Assembly (NCBI GenBank): GCA_977020255.1
Contig: CDROCS010000506.1
Location: 806,001 to 870,000 of the forward strand
Direction: 5' to 3'
DNA length: 64,000 bases
Origin: Obrimoposthia wandeli
Lineage: Eukaryota
Part shown: positions 40,375 to 52,141 of the stretch, in pieces
Position numbering within the stretch: the first letter of the stretch is position 1
Layout: each line of letters starts with the position of its first letter
Program-made: the position numbers and the translations under genes
The notes under the pieces: generated by a model
The model's database searches: none
Told to the model about the DNA's origin: nothing
What the model saw: only the letters and a program-made list of their open reading frames with translations

Positions 40375-41280
40375 CTATAGTGTTTTTAAAATACCTTTTG
40401 TCTCTTTTATTAACCACTCAGTAAGCGGCTGTTTACGATTCATTTGATGACAGAAAAAAGAGATCTTGCGTTGATAGCTTTTTGGTACTAATTCGGGAGG
40501 CAGCGATAAGAAACGGAAACCATCTCCAATCGAGTTTTGAAGAGAACACGGCATGATGCCGATATAATCACTCTCCTTCATTAAGTTAGTCATTAAAGAT
40601 ACATCACTGGTTCTTAAATTAATTTTCTTTTTTAGTTTGAAATGACGAATCAATTGCTCCGCTTTAGAAGGACCGGTAACGCCAGGGATAATGCAAATAG
40701 ACATGGGATAAGGCAGAAGATTATTGATTGTTGCTTCAGTGAGGGGGTGATCGTTGCGAACTACAAATGCAAAGGTATCACTGCCAACTTCTTGCTCCAT
40801 TAATGTTTTATTGGTCTCCATTGGTAAATAAGTAATACCGAAATGCTGGTGAGAGTTCATCTCAAGTTTTTTGGCGGTATTAATACTCCAATGTGAACAT
40901 TGCACTGTGAGTTCAGGAGCTAATAAGGTTAACCGCTTAACTAACTGAGAGCCTAATGTAGAGACCAGTGGTGGTGAGAGTAAAAGATGTAGTTCACCAT
41001 TAAGTTGAGATATATCCCATGCCATATTATCACTATATAACTTATCAAGCTGCCCCAGAATATCGGGAAGTGTTAATAAAATATGCGCACATTTTACAGT
41101 TGGTATCAGGTTGTTTTTATCACGAATAAATAATGGATCATCAAATTGGTCTCGTAACTTTTTAAGCATAATACTGATGGTTGGTTGACTTAAGTTCATT
41201 CGCTTTGCCGCTAATACGGTTTGCCTTTCTTCATTTAGAATTATAAGCAGCTTAAGTAAATTTAAATCTTTATAGTGCAT
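40375..41280 (-). CDS. LysR-family regulator
   Basis: DLNLLKLL, AAKRMNLSQPTISIMLKKLRDQFDDPLFIR. Confidence 0.9.
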   Translation of the reverse strand: MHYKDLNLLKLLIILNEERQTVLAAKRMNLSQPTISIMLKKLRDQFDDPLFIRDKNNLIPTVKCAHILLTLPDILGQLDKLYSDNMAWDISQLNGELHLLLSPPLVSTLGSQLVKRLTLLAPELTVQCSHWSINTAKKLEMNSHQHFGITYLPMETNKTLMEQEVGSDTFAFVVRNDHPLTEATINNLLPYPMSICIIPGVTGPSKAEQLIRHFKLKKKINLRTSDVSLMTNLMKESDYIGIMPCSLQNSIGDGFRFLSLPPELVPKSYQRKISFFCHQMNRKQPLTEWLIKETKGILKTL

Positions 41281-41299
41281 TATGTTTCCTTAGAGCCGT

Positions 41300-41377
41300 C
41301 TATTTTTCTGAACCAACATTCGGATGAGAAGCAAGCAAAGCACAATTGATCGCGTTTATAAATAACGATTTACTCAT
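41300..41377 (-). pseudogene. Internally deleted relic of a DUF1800 gene (MSKSLFINAINCALLASHPNVGSEK*)
   Basis: The first 16 codons match the DUF1800 N-terminus MSKSLFVNGISCTLLA and are fused to HPNVG, which lies about 1 kb inside the intact gene (32496-32511). Confidence 0.8.
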
Positions 41378-41431
41378 CCTTATAAACGGTGGCCTTGAAT
41401 ATATGCTGATTTTGTTTTTACGACAGTGATC
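41375..41431. repeat. Direct repeat copy B
   Basis: See copy A at 33534-33591. Confidence 0.92.
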
Positions 41432-41539
41432 GACATCACACTGATAAGCAGTTATTGCAGACTTGATTATGCTAACTTTATCCCCATATATCTTTCATAA
41501 ACAATCTTTATACGATACGCAATTTGATGGAGCTAATCA

Positions 41540-42391
41540 GTGCAGAATTATATCCTTGACCTTACCAGTGAAAATTTTCAAGAGATCTTGCTACAAGGCA
41601 AATACTCACAACCAATCGTCATTGATTTCTGGTCTGAACGCGCACCAGAAAACCAAGTCAGTGCGCGCCTATTAAACATCGCGCAAAGCTTAAATGGCGA
41701 AATTATACTGGCACGACTTAATTGCGACCGTCACCCTGAATTAGCAAAACAATTTGGCATTAAGAGTTTACCGACAGTAGCTATTTTTAAAGATGGTAAA
41801 CCCCTTGATAGCTTTGTGGGCGAACAAGAAGAAGCGGCTATCCGTGAAATCATCGGCCGTCATTTACCACAACAAGAACAGGTATTATTGCAGCAAGCAC
41901 AAATGCTATTAATGGACAGCAAGTTTGCTGAAGCTGTGCCGCTAATCGGCCAAGCTTACGAACTCGCACCTGATAATACTGATATCAAGATTGCTTATGC
42001 GCAAGCGCTATTAGGTTCACACCAAGTTGAAGCGGCTGAAGCACTACTAGATACCTTCGCTGAAGCAGAGCAACAAAGTCACCAATATCAAACACTGCGT
42101 TCGCATTTAGATACGGCAAAAAAATCAGCAGAAACGCCAGAAATCGTTGCATTAACGGCTGCGCATCAAGCAAATCCAGATGACTTACAAATAGCCTATG
42201 ACCTTGCTATACAACTGCAGATTGCTAACAAACATAATGATGCAATGGCACTGTTATATAAGATTTTAACTACCGAGTATGATTTCTTAGAAGGTGGCGC
42301 AAGAAAGGTTTATTTAGAATTATTATCTGTGATGACAGATGCAGCCGTTGTGGCTGATTACCGTCGTAAGCTGTATACCTTGATGTATTAA
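41540..42391 (+). CDS. ybbN: Thioredoxin-TPR co-chaperone YbbN/CnoX
   Basis: PIVIDFW, LARLNCD, FGIKSLPTV, TPR region, YRRKLYTLMY; GTG start. Confidence 0.9.
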   Translation: MQNYILDLTSENFQEILLQGKYSQPIVIDFWSERAPENQVSARLLNIAQSLNGEIILARLNCDRHPELAKQFGIKSLPTVAIFKDGKPLDSFVGEQEEAAIREIIGRHLPQQEQVLLQQAQMLLMDSKFAEAVPLIGQAYELAPDNTDIKIAYAQALLGSHQVEAAEALLDTFAEAEQQSHQYQTLRSHLDTAKKSAETPEIVALTAAHQANPDDLQIAYDLAIQLQIANKHNDAMALLYKILTTEYDFLEGGARKVYLELLSVMTDAAVVADYRRKLYTLMY

Positions 42392-42407
42392 CTTTCAACT
42401 TAATCAT

Positions 42408-42435
42408 AAACCTGAGTATCATACTCAGGTTTTTT
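42408..42435. terminator. Bidirectional terminator
   Basis: AAACCTGAGTAT / ATACTCAGGTTTTTTT. Confidence 0.85.
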
Positions 42436-42464
42436 TATTGTTTATTTTTATTCAAATACGCTCG

Positions 42465-42815
42465 TTATGCATAAACAGGATGATCGTAATGATTACCTTC
42501 ATCTGTATAAGCCGTTACCATAACGTCAGCAACTAGCCCTGTCTCAGCTTGCACTTGCGTCTCGAAAAAGTGTTGGATCTGCTTTCTGTTGCCATGCGCA
42601 GTCCAAGCCTCTGCATTTTCCCAAATTTCGTTAAAGACAATTGAGTATTCATTGTTGCTGGCACTTGGATGGCTAATTTGACGAGTCAGCATATATTGAA
42701 TACAACCTTCCTCGCGGTATGAATCCGGTTCTAATGCTTTTAATATTTCAAACAACTCATCTTGCTTGCCTTCTTTTGGTTTGAATTGCGCTAAAACGTA
42801 TACTCGACTTGTCAT
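42465..42815 (-). CDS. ABM-family putative quinol monooxygenase
   Basis: SYREEGCIQYML, FNEIWENAEAWTAH. Confidence 0.8.
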   Translation of the reverse strand: MTSRVYVLAQFKPKEGKQDELFEILKALEPDSYREEGCIQYMLTRQISHPSASNNEYSIVFNEIWENAEAWTAHGNRKQIQHFFETQVQAETGLVADVMVTAYTDEGNHYDHPVYA

Positions 42816-43076
42816 AACAGTTCCCTTTTTTGTAAATTATAATGATATTAGATAAAATTGGCACATTAACACTGCTAATCCATGCAATTGAAAGCAGTGC
42901 AAGCTACTGAAAGTGTAGTTATTTAGTTAATGAATAGTTACTATACACTCTGTCAATAGCAATATTAAGTACTAATGCATCGTTATTAGGTGATAGTTAT
43001 GCCCATCACAAATAATGACAAAGTGGTATGATTTCAGGTGTTTTGATGTAAATGACAGTTGTTTGTGCGGTTTATA

Positions 43077-43085
43077 TGGTATTAT
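43077..43085 (+). promoter_or_regulatory. Extended -10 promoter candidate for icd
   Basis: TG-G-TATTAT; predicts a transcription start near 43092. Confidence 0.5.
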
Positions 43086-43092
43086 GGCAAAA

Positions 43093-43226
43093 GTAGATAC
43101 GGAGCATCTGCTAGGATAACAGCTGTTGCGATTTCTGCAACCTAGCTATAACATTTATCAATCCCCCTAGGATCTACGCTTATTTTAAGACACTAGGTCA
43201 GATGTTCCTACATTTTAGCAGGGGGA
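43093..43226 (+). ncRNA. Candidate structured 5' leader RNA of icd
   Basis: Several complementary segments, including GGAGCATCTG/CAGATGTTCC, TCCCCCT/AGGGGGA, GCTAGG/CCTAGC and GTTGC/GCAAC. Confidence 0.45.
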
Positions 43227-43253
43227 CCATATGCTAGTAATCCAGGGAATAAT

Positions 43254-45491
43254 ATGTCTGACGAAAATTCAAAGATTATTTACACTTTAACGGACGAAGC
43301 TCCGTTATTGGCGACTTACTCACTTCTACCGATCGTAGAAAAATTCACTTCAGCTGCCGGTATTGATGTAGTTAAAAGTGATATCTCGGTTGCAGCCAGA
43401 ATCTTGGCCGAATTTCCAGATTACTTAACTGAAGCACAACAGTTACCAGATAACCTCAGTGAGCTAGGCCGTCTGACTCAAGATTCAAACACTAACATTA
43501 TTAAACTGCCAAATATCAGTGCATCTGTACCACAGTTGCAAGCAGCGATTAGTGAATTGCAATCTCAAGGTTTCAACATTCCAAACCTGCCAGAAAACCC
43601 ACAATCTGAAGAAGAAAAAGTGCTGTTACAGCGCTATTCGAAAGCCCTAGGTAGTGCTGTAAACCCAGTACTTCGTGAAGGTAATTCAGATCGCCGTGCA
43701 CCAAAAGCAGTTAAAAACTTCGCCCGTAAACACCCACATTCAATGGGTAAATGGAGCCAAGCATCACAAACTCACGTAGCACACATGCGTGAAGGCGACT
43801 TCTACCACGGCGAGAAATCAATCACACTAGACAGTGCGCGTAATGTAAGAATGGAGCTCGTTGCTGAAAACGGCGAAACAACAATTCTTAAAGATAATAT
43901 CGCATTACTCGATGGCGAAATTATCGATAGCATGTTTATGAGCAAAACTGCACTTTGTGATTTTTATGAGCAAGAAATGCAAGATGCTTATGAAACTGGC
44001 ATGATGTTCTCATTACACGTAAAAGCAACAATGATGAAAGTCTCTCACCCGATCGTGTTCGGTCACGCGGTAAGAATTTTCTACAAAGACGCATTTGCTA
44101 AACATGATGAACTATTCAAAAAACTAGGCGTTAATGTAAATAACGGTTTGTCTAACCTTTACGAAAAAATTGAAGGTTTACCAAGCTCGCAACGCGAAGA
44201 GATCCGTCGTGATTTACACGCTTGTCATGCACACCGTCCAGAACTAGCAATGGTAGATTCTGATAAAGGTATCTCAAACCTACACGCGCCAAACGACGTG
44301 ATTGTTGATGCATCTATGCCAGCAATGATTCGTAGTGGTGGTAAAATGTGGGGTGCAGATGGTCGTCCTAAAGACACTAAAGCCGTGATCCCAGAATCAA
44401 CATTTGCCCGTATTTACCAAGAAATCATTGCCTTTTGTAAAACCAACGGTGCATTTGATCCAGTGACTATGGGTAGCGTACCAAACGTTGGCCTAATGGC
44501 ACAAAAAGCCGAAGAATACGGTTCGCACGATAAAACATTCGAAGCACCAGTAACAGGTGAAGCACGTATCGTTGATATCGATACTGGCGAAGTACTAATG
44601 ACTCAAGATGTTGAGAAAGACGACATCTGGCGTATGTGCCAAGTTAAAGACGCGCCAATACGCGACTGGGTTAAATTAGCTGTAGAGCGTACTCGAGATT
44701 CGGATACACCAGTGGTATTCTGGCTTGACCCTTACCGTCCACATGAAAACGAACTGATCATTAAGGTAAATGAATATCTTAAAGATCATGATACTGAAGG
44801 ATTAGATATCCAAATCATGTCACAAGTTCGTGCGATGCGTTACACACTAGAACGTGTTGCTCGTGGTCTAGATACTATTTCTGCAACGGGTAACATTCTA
44901 CGTGATTACCTGACGGATCTATTCCCTATTATGGAATTAGGTACAAGCGCTAAAATGTTATCTATCGTGCCATTAATGGCAGGCGGTGGTTTGTTTGAAA
45001 CCGGTGCAGGTGGTTCAGCGCCTAAACACGTACAACAGCTTGTAGAAGAAAACCACTTACGTTGGGATTCACTGGGTGAATTCTTAGCATTAACGGTTTC
45101 TTTAGAAGAAGTAGCTAAAAAGACAAATAGCGTTAAAGCCAAAGTACTGGCAACAACGCTAGATCAAGCAACAGAAATGTTACTTGATAACGGTAAGTCG
45201 CCATCACGCCGTACTGGTGAATTAGACAACCGTGGTAGTCACTTCTACTTATCTTTGTTCTGGGCTAAATGCCTCACAGAGCAAACAGATGATGCAGAGC
45301 TTGCTGCGCAATTTGCACCACTTGCAGCTAGTCTTGCTGCCAATGAACAGCAAATTGTTGAAGAGCTAAATTCAGCTCAAGGCAAAGCAGTTGATATCGG
45401 TGGTTACTTCAACGCAGATCCTGCGAAGATGGAAGCTATCATGCGCCCAAGTGCAACATTCAATGAATTGTTAAACGTAGCACTTAGCTAA
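43254..45491 (+). CDS. icd: Monomeric NADP-dependent isocitrate dehydrogenase
   Basis: 745 aa; [66 protein letters not shown]. Confidence 0.97.
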   Translation: MSDENSKIIYTLTDEAPLLATYSLLPIVEKFTSAAGIDVVKSDISVAARILAEFPDYLTEAQQLPDNLSELGRLTQDSNTNIIKLPNISASVPQLQAAISELQSQGFNIPNLPENPQSEEEKVLLQRYSKALGSAVNPVLREGNSDRRAPKAVKNFARKHPHSMGKWSQASQTHVAHMREGDFYHGEKSITLDSARNVRMELVAENGETTILKDNIALLDGEIIDSMFMSKTALCDFYEQEMQDAYETGMMFSLHVKATMMKVSHPIVFGHAVRIFYKDAFAKHDELFKKLGVNVNNGLSNLYEKIEGLPSSQREEIRRDLHACHAHRPELAMVDSDKGISNLHAPNDVIVDASMPAMIRSGGKMWGADGRPKDTKAVIPESTFARIYQEIIAFCKTNGAFDPVTMGSVPNVGLMAQKAEEYGSHDKTFEAPVTGEARIVDIDTGEVLMTQDVEKDDIWRMCQVKDAPIRDWVKLAVERTRDSDTPVVFWLDPYRPHENELIIKVNEYLKDHDTEGLDIQIMSQVRAMRYTLERVARGLDTISATGNILRDYLTDLFPIMELGTSAKMLSIVPLMAGGGLFETGAGGSAPKHVQQLVEENHLRWDSLGEFLALTVSLEEVAKKTNSVKAKVLATTLDQATEMLLDNGKSPSRRTGELDNRGSHFYLSLFWAKCLTEQTDDAELAAQFAPLAASLAANEQQIVEELNSAQGKAVDIGGYFNADPAKMEAIMRPSATFNELLNVALS

Positions 45492-45522
45492 TAGCGCTAT
45501 TTAGTTATTAACAAGCATACCT

Positions 45523-45555
45523 ACCCGTAATGGATCTGTCCGTTGCGGGTTTTTT
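45523..45555 (+). terminator. icd terminator
   Basis: ACCCGTAATGGA / TCCGTTGCGGGT followed by a T-tract. Confidence 0.85.
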
Positions 45556-45820
45556 ATGCCTCCCGATAAATTTTAAATCTATTCCACTAAAGTAATGTGC
45601 ATACGCAGTGATTATCTCACTAATATTTCATTTACATTTCTACAAAATTCTCTTAATGTCAGTGAACACTTGCGCTTTATTTTTAATAATCGTGATTTAC
45701 ACTTACAAAAGCCAGCTGACAATAACGTAAACTAAAATATTGCGATACACTTTAGAATAAGGTCGTGATCATGACAGCTCTCAAAGTAAATAATTTTCAA
45801 GGTTAATAAAGGTACACAAG

Positions 45821-47695
45821 GTGAAGTTTAGAACTGACTTAAATGGCTTAAGAGCAATCGCACTGATTGCTGTCGTATTGTTCCATTTTAATCCGAGCAT
45901 TGCGCCCGGAGGTTTTGCTGGTGTCGATATTTTCTTTGTCATATCTGGTTTCTTAATGACTGGGATTATCTTTAAGGGCTTAAACACCGACTCGTTAAAT
46001 TTAGCTGAGTTTTATTTATGCCGAGCCAATCGCATTATCCCCCCACTTGCCCTACTGTGCTTTACCCTATTGTTATTTGGTTGGTTTTTATTGCCGCCGA
46101 TGGATTATTCAAACTTAGGTAAGCATGTAGCCAGCAGCATTACCTTTCTATCCAATATTACCTATTTTTATGAAGCTGACTATTTCGATGCTGGTGCTTA
46201 TGAGAAATGGTTACTACATACTTGGTCTTTGTCGGTTGAATGGCAATTTTATATTATTTACCCGATTATTCTATTATTTTTAAAACGCTATTTTTCACTT
46301 GAATCATTAAAGCGTCTACTCATTGTCGGTACAGTAGTTGGTTTTATATTTTGTACTGTTGCGACAGATTTGTGGCCAACATTCGCTTACTTTTCTCTGC
46401 CAACACGAGCATGGGAAATGTTACTCGGTGGCGTAGCTTACTTCTATCCATTGAAGCTAAAAGAAAACCAAAAAAGACTACTCGAAGTTATCGGCATGAC
46501 GTTAATGCTACTCTCATTCACGCTGACCTCAAAAATGACACCTTGGCCTGGTTATGTGGCTTGCGTCCCCGTATTTGGTACTTTCCTGATCCTATTAAGT
46601 AACCGAGAAACGAGTTTACTCACTAACAATCGAGTATTTCAAACACTGGGGAAATGGTCATATTCGATCTACCTTTGGCATTGGCCTATTGCGGTCTACG
46701 GCGCCTATTTTAAAATGGATAACTGGATCCCAATTGGTTTAACATTATCAGTGCTGTTTGGTGCAATGAGCTATTACCTCGTTGAAAATAACCAGTTTAA
46801 AAAAAGAAAACAGACTCTCATCTTTACCTTAGTCGTCACATTTGTATTTGTTGGCTTTTACAAATCAATCCCCTTTATGCTCTACCACGTATCAGGCATG
46901 CCAAAATACATTATTGAAGCTAACTTAAATCAATCAGATAAAGGCGAACTCTATACTTGGCGTATGATGAACACGCTGAAAAACAACAAGATTGATGACA
47001 AAAAACTAAATGTTATGTTCATCGGAGACTCTCAATCTGCAGACTTTGTTAATGTCATCAATGAGAAAGTCAGCGTCACAAATAATGATCGTATTAATTT
47101 CATGGCGCAAAAAATATCAGCTAAATGTGGGGTGTTTTACCACCTGCCTCTGCCATTAAATGCCCTCTACGACAGGATCAATCTGTCTGAGAATATCGGT
47201 GAGAAAAGATTACTAAAATGCGCGTCAAGGATCCGAAAAATAACCGCAGATACGCGTTTACTCAATGCTGATTTTATTTTTCTGGCGATGAATTGGCGTA
47301 ACTGGTCTTTGGATTATAATCTCCAAGCCATTAAAGAAATAAAACAAAGAAACCCACAAGCGAAAATAGTGATTATCGGTAATAAAGGCATGAGTAAACC
47401 ACTGCCCATTATGATGGTTAATGCCTTTAATAATGAACAAGCAGTAAGCGAACGCGTTTTTAATTCACTACCTGCTAGCAACATTAAAAACAACCGTTTC
47501 TTCTCTGAAAACCAAGGTCCAGATTACCAATTTATCAACATGACTTATGCATTTTGTCCAACTAAAAAGTGCACTGTTGTCGATAAAAATGGCTTGCCGT
47601 TTTTCTATGATGAGGTACATACCACCAAGCAAGGGGCTGTCTATCTTTCTGAACGACTCAAACCGCTATTACCGCCTGAGTTTTATCGACCGTAA
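45821..47695 (+). CDS. O-acyltransferase AT3 fused to an SGNH domain (OafA-like)
   Basis: FRTDLNGLRAIA, GVDIFFVISGFLM, LHTWSLSVEWQFY, SYSIYLWHWP; SGNH GDS and D-x-x-H (DEVH); GTG start. Confidence 0.92.
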   Translation: MKFRTDLNGLRAIALIAVVLFHFNPSIAPGGFAGVDIFFVISGFLMTGIIFKGLNTDSLNLAEFYLCRANRIIPPLALLCFTLLLFGWFLLPPMDYSNLGKHVASSITFLSNITYFYEADYFDAGAYEKWLLHTWSLSVEWQFYIIYPIILLFLKRYFSLESLKRLLIVGTVVGFIFCTVATDLWPTFAYFSLPTRAWEMLLGGVAYFYPLKLKENQKRLLEVIGMTLMLLSFTLTSKMTPWPGYVACVPVFGTFLILLSNRETSLLTNNRVFQTLGKWSYSIYLWHWPIAVYGAYFKMDNWIPIGLTLSVLFGAMSYYLVENNQFKKRKQTLIFTLVVTFVFVGFYKSIPFMLYHVSGMPKYIIEANLNQSDKGELYTWRMMNTLKNNKIDDKKLNVMFIGDSQSADFVNVINEKVSVTNNDRINFMAQKISAKCGVFYHLPLPLNALYDRINLSENIGEKRLLKCASRIRKITADTRLLNADFIFLAMNWRNWSLDYNLQAIKEIKQRNPQAKIVIIGNKGMSKPLPIMMVNAFNNEQAVSERVFNSLPASNIKNNRFFSENQGPDYQFINMTYAFCPTKKCTVVDKNGLPFFYDEVHTTKQGAVYLSERLKPLLPPEFYRP

Positions 47696-47727
47696 TTTTA
47701 TATCTACCGTAACTTTATCCACCGTAA
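47682..47727. repeat. Three ~14-bp direct repeats duplicating the 3' end of the acyltransferase gene
   Basis: TTTATCGACCGTAA, TATATCTACCGTAA, TTTATCCACCGTAA. Confidence 0.8.
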
Positions 47728-47836
47728 TGGTCATCAAAAAAAGACTGCTCAAGAGTCGCTAGGATACACGGGTATTTTAGCGGCTATTCTTCCTAGCACC
47801 ATCCTAGTACCTATTAACATGCCCTATCAACACACG

Positions 47837-47887
47837 CTGTTAATACACAGTATCAACATGGCCTCATCATCGACTGTGTATTAACAG
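47837..47887. repeat. Perfect 15-bp inverted repeat with a 21-bp spacer
   Basis: CTGTTAATACACAGT ... ACTGTGTATTAACAG. Confidence 0.85.
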
Positions 47888-47968
47888 GCTGATATTAAAT
47901 TAGCCTGTAAATAGATCTTCAAAATTTGCTACAATCGTATTATAAGCATCTTAATTATTAGCGATATC

Positions 47969-48676
47969 ATGTCAAAAGCAGCACCAGCAAAGCCTAAATT
48001 AACTCTAGGTAGAAAGAAAAGCCCATCTGAACAGGGTAAAAAGAGCCAGATCAGCTATACCAATACGGTACAAGCACGCGGCAAGAGTAATCGCCCACAG
48101 CATGCTAAGCCTAAAGAAGCTGGTCCAACCCAAGTTTATGTTTTCAACAAACCGTATATGGTATTAACGCAGTTTACCGATGCTGATAATCGCGAAACCT
48201 TAAAAGACTATATCAAGGTGCCGGATATTTACGCCGCAGGTCGCTTAGATCGTGACAGTGAAGGTTTATTACTGCTAACCAACAACGGTCGCTTACAAGC
48301 AAAATTAACCCAACCTGGTGAGAAAACAGAAAAAACCTATTGGGTACAAGTTGAAGGTGAACCTAGCCCTGAAAAGATCAGTGATTTACGCTACGGTATC
48401 GTCTTAAAAGACGGCCCTACACTGCCCGCTAAAGTTGAAATAATGACTGAACCAGCGGTGTGGCCACGTGTACCACCAATCCGTGAACGTCAAAATATTC
48501 CAACAACTTGGTTAGCAATTACTATCGTTGAAGGCCGTAACCGTCAAGTGCGTCGAATGACTGCACATATAGGCCATCCGACCTTACGTTTAATCCGCTA
48601 CAGCATTGGTCCTTGGACACTGGATAACATCCAACCAGGTGAGCTAGTTGAAAGCAGTATTAACATGATGAATTAA
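47969..48676 (+). CDS. rluE: 23S rRNA pseudouridine synthase E
   Basis: [48 protein letters not shown]; upstream of mnmA. Confidence 0.92.
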   Translation: MSKAAPAKPKLTLGRKKSPSEQGKKSQISYTNTVQARGKSNRPQHAKPKEAGPTQVYVFNKPYMVLTQFTDADNRETLKDYIKVPDIYAAGRLDRDSEGLLLLTNNGRLQAKLTQPGEKTEKTYWVQVEGEPSPEKISDLRYGIVLKDGPTLPAKVEIMTEPAVWPRVPPIRERQNIPTTWLAITIVEGRNRQVRRMTAHIGHPTLRLIRYSIGPWTLDNIQPGELVESSINMMN

Positions 48677-48852
48677 GAGCAAAGCCTATTTTTGCGCTGG
48701 TCTTCATGGTAAAATTCGCGCCATTGAAATTTGGTCATCTGAGAAGGGTGAATAACCTAACAAAGAACGCCGATTTCAACAATATATTTAATACATAAGC
48801 AAAAAAGCCTTTAACTTTATTTGCATTACTACAAGAGTAATTAAAAGGTCCT

Positions 48853-49992
48853 ATGACAAATACTACAATTGACGCAAGTACTAAAGCATTAAACAGTACT
48901 AAAAAAGTAATCGTTGGCATGTCCGGCGGTGTTGACTCATCTGTATCTGCTTACCTGCTACAACAGCAAGGTTATCAAGTAGAAGGCCTGTTCATGAAGA
49001 ACTGGGAAGATGACGATAATGATGAATATTGTGCCGCTGCAGAGGACCTAGCAGACGCACAAGCAGTATGTGATAAATTAGGTATCGAGTTACACGCTAT
49101 TAATTTCTCTGCTGAATACTGGGATAACGTATTTGAGTACTTCCTTGCTGAATACAAAGCAGGCCGTACACCAAACCCTGATATTCTTTGTAACAAAGAA
49201 ATCAAATTTAAAGCATTCCTGCAGTTTGCATCAGAAGTACTTTCTGCTGACTACATTGCTATGGGTCACTATGTTAGCCGTCGCGAAAAAGCCGATGGTA
49301 CATTTGAAATGCTACGTGGCTTAGACAGCAATAAAGACCAAAGCTATTTCCTTTACACACTAGATCATGTGCAAGTTTCTCGCTCATTGTTCCCAGTGGG
49401 TGAATTAGAAAAACCGGAAGTACGTCGTATTGCTGAAGAACAAGACTTGATCACAGCAAACAAAAAAGACAGTACGGGTATCTGCTTTATCGGTGAACGT
49501 AAATTCACTGAATTCTTAAGTAAATACTTACCTGCACAGCCGGGTAAAATTGAAAGTGTTGATGGCGAAGAAATTGGTGAACACCAAGGTCTGATGTACC
49601 ACACACTAGGTCAACGTAAAGGTCTGCATATCGGCGGCATGAAAAACAATAGCAGCCAAGAACCTTGGTATGTAGTCGATAAAGATATGGAGCGTAACGT
49701 ATTGCTTGTGGCACAAGGTCACAATCACCCACGTTTATTCTCGGAAGGTTTAATGGCGTCGCAACTCCATTGGGTTAGCCGCGAACCATTAACACAGCCA
49801 TTACGTTGTACTGTAAAAACACGCTACCGTCAGACTGATGTGCCTTGTTTGGTAACACCAATTGGCGAAGACCAAATTGAAGTAACTTTTGATAAACCCG
49901 AACTTGCTGTTACACCAGGTCAATCAGCGGTATTTTACCTTGATGACGTATGCCTAGGTGGCGCAATCATCGATGTTCAAATTAGGGGCTAA
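48853..49992 (+). CDS. mnmA: tRNA 2-thiouridylase
   Basis: [55 protein letters not shown]. Confidence 0.97.
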   Translation: MTNTTIDASTKALNSTKKVIVGMSGGVDSSVSAYLLQQQGYQVEGLFMKNWEDDDNDEYCAAAEDLADAQAVCDKLGIELHAINFSAEYWDNVFEYFLAEYKAGRTPNPDILCNKEIKFKAFLQFASEVLSADYIAMGHYVSRREKADGTFEMLRGLDSNKDQSYFLYTLDHVQVSRSLFPVGELEKPEVRRIAEEQDLITANKKDSTGICFIGERKFTEFLSKYLPAQPGKIESVDGEEIGEHQGLMYHTLGQRKGLHIGGMKNNSSQEPWYVVDKDMERNVLLVAQGHNHPRLFSEGLMASQLHWVSREPLTQPLRCTVKTRYRQTDVPCLVTPIGEDQIEVTFDKPELAVTPGQSAVFYLDDVCLGGAIIDVQIRG

Positions 49993-49994
49993 CA

Positions 49995-50618
49995 GTGTCA
50001 ACTAACTTCCAAGAATCAAATATAGCCTTTGCTGGCGTTTGTCAGGCTGCAGCACTCGTGCACCAGCTTGCAACAACTGGCAATTGTGATGAAACACAAT
50101 TAAGTAATACCTTACGTTGTGTGATTGTGACAGACCCAAGTCAAACGATTGAGGTTTATGGCGATTACGCAAACCTAGAATTAGGCTACAAAACCCTCAT
50201 TGCTCAGTTAAGTAATACTTCTAAAGGTCCTGATAGCGCCTTAACACGCTACATGATCGGCTTAGTTGCCCTAGAGCGTAAACTGGCTAAACGCAATGAT
50301 ATTCTTGGTATGTTAGGTGAGCGCATCTCACAAGTTAAACGTCAAACTCATCATTACGAGTTAACGGAAGCGCAAATTTTAAGTAATATGGCGTCAATCT
50401 ATGTGGACTTAATCAGCCCACTTGGCACCAAGATCCAAATTGCAGGAACAGCAAGTTTCCTACAACAAACATTGGTGAGAGATAAGATCCGTGCATTACT
50501 ATTTGCCGGTATTCGCTCAGCAGTGTTGTGGCGACAAACAGGCGGTCAACGTCGCCAAGTAGTTTTCAATCGTAAACACATGGTAGAGCAAGCAAAGCAA
50601 CAATTAGCTCGAATTTAA
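49995..50618 (+). CDS. hflD: High-frequency lysogenization protein
   Basis: IAFAGVCQAA, IYVDLISPLG, KIRALLFAGIRSAVLWRQTGG; between mnmA and purB. Confidence 0.95.
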   Translation: MSTNFQESNIAFAGVCQAAALVHQLATTGNCDETQLSNTLRCVIVTDPSQTIEVYGDYANLELGYKTLIAQLSNTSKGPDSALTRYMIGLVALERKLAKRNDILGMLGERISQVKRQTHHYELTEAQILSNMASIYVDLISPLGTKIQIAGTASFLQQTLVRDKIRALLFAGIRSAVLWRQTGGQRRQVVFNRKHMVEQAKQQLARI

Positions 50619-52010
<1,392 letters not shown>

Positions 52011-52014
52011 TTTA

Positions 52015-52074
52015 TAGCTGTAGTTGTAGCTGTAGTTGTAGCTGTAGTTGTAGTTGTAGTTGTAGTTGTAGTTG
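52015..52074. repeat. Hexanucleotide microsatellite (TAGYTG)x10
   Basis: (TAGCTG TAGTTG)x3 followed by TAGTTG x4, immediately after the purB stop. Confidence 0.95.
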
Positions 52075-52141
52075 TAAATAGTTAAGCTCTCTACAGCTAA
52101 TAATGCCATAGACAATCAAGTACGCAGTAGATAATGAAAAC

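Noticed and set aside
33534-41431. Prophage, integron or ICE att sites
   Set aside because: No integrase, tRNA target or transposase; the repeat is explained by duplication of the DUF1800 upstream region
47715-47723. DnaA-box-like TTATCCACC
   Set aside because: A single imperfect match inside a local repeat, with no oriC context
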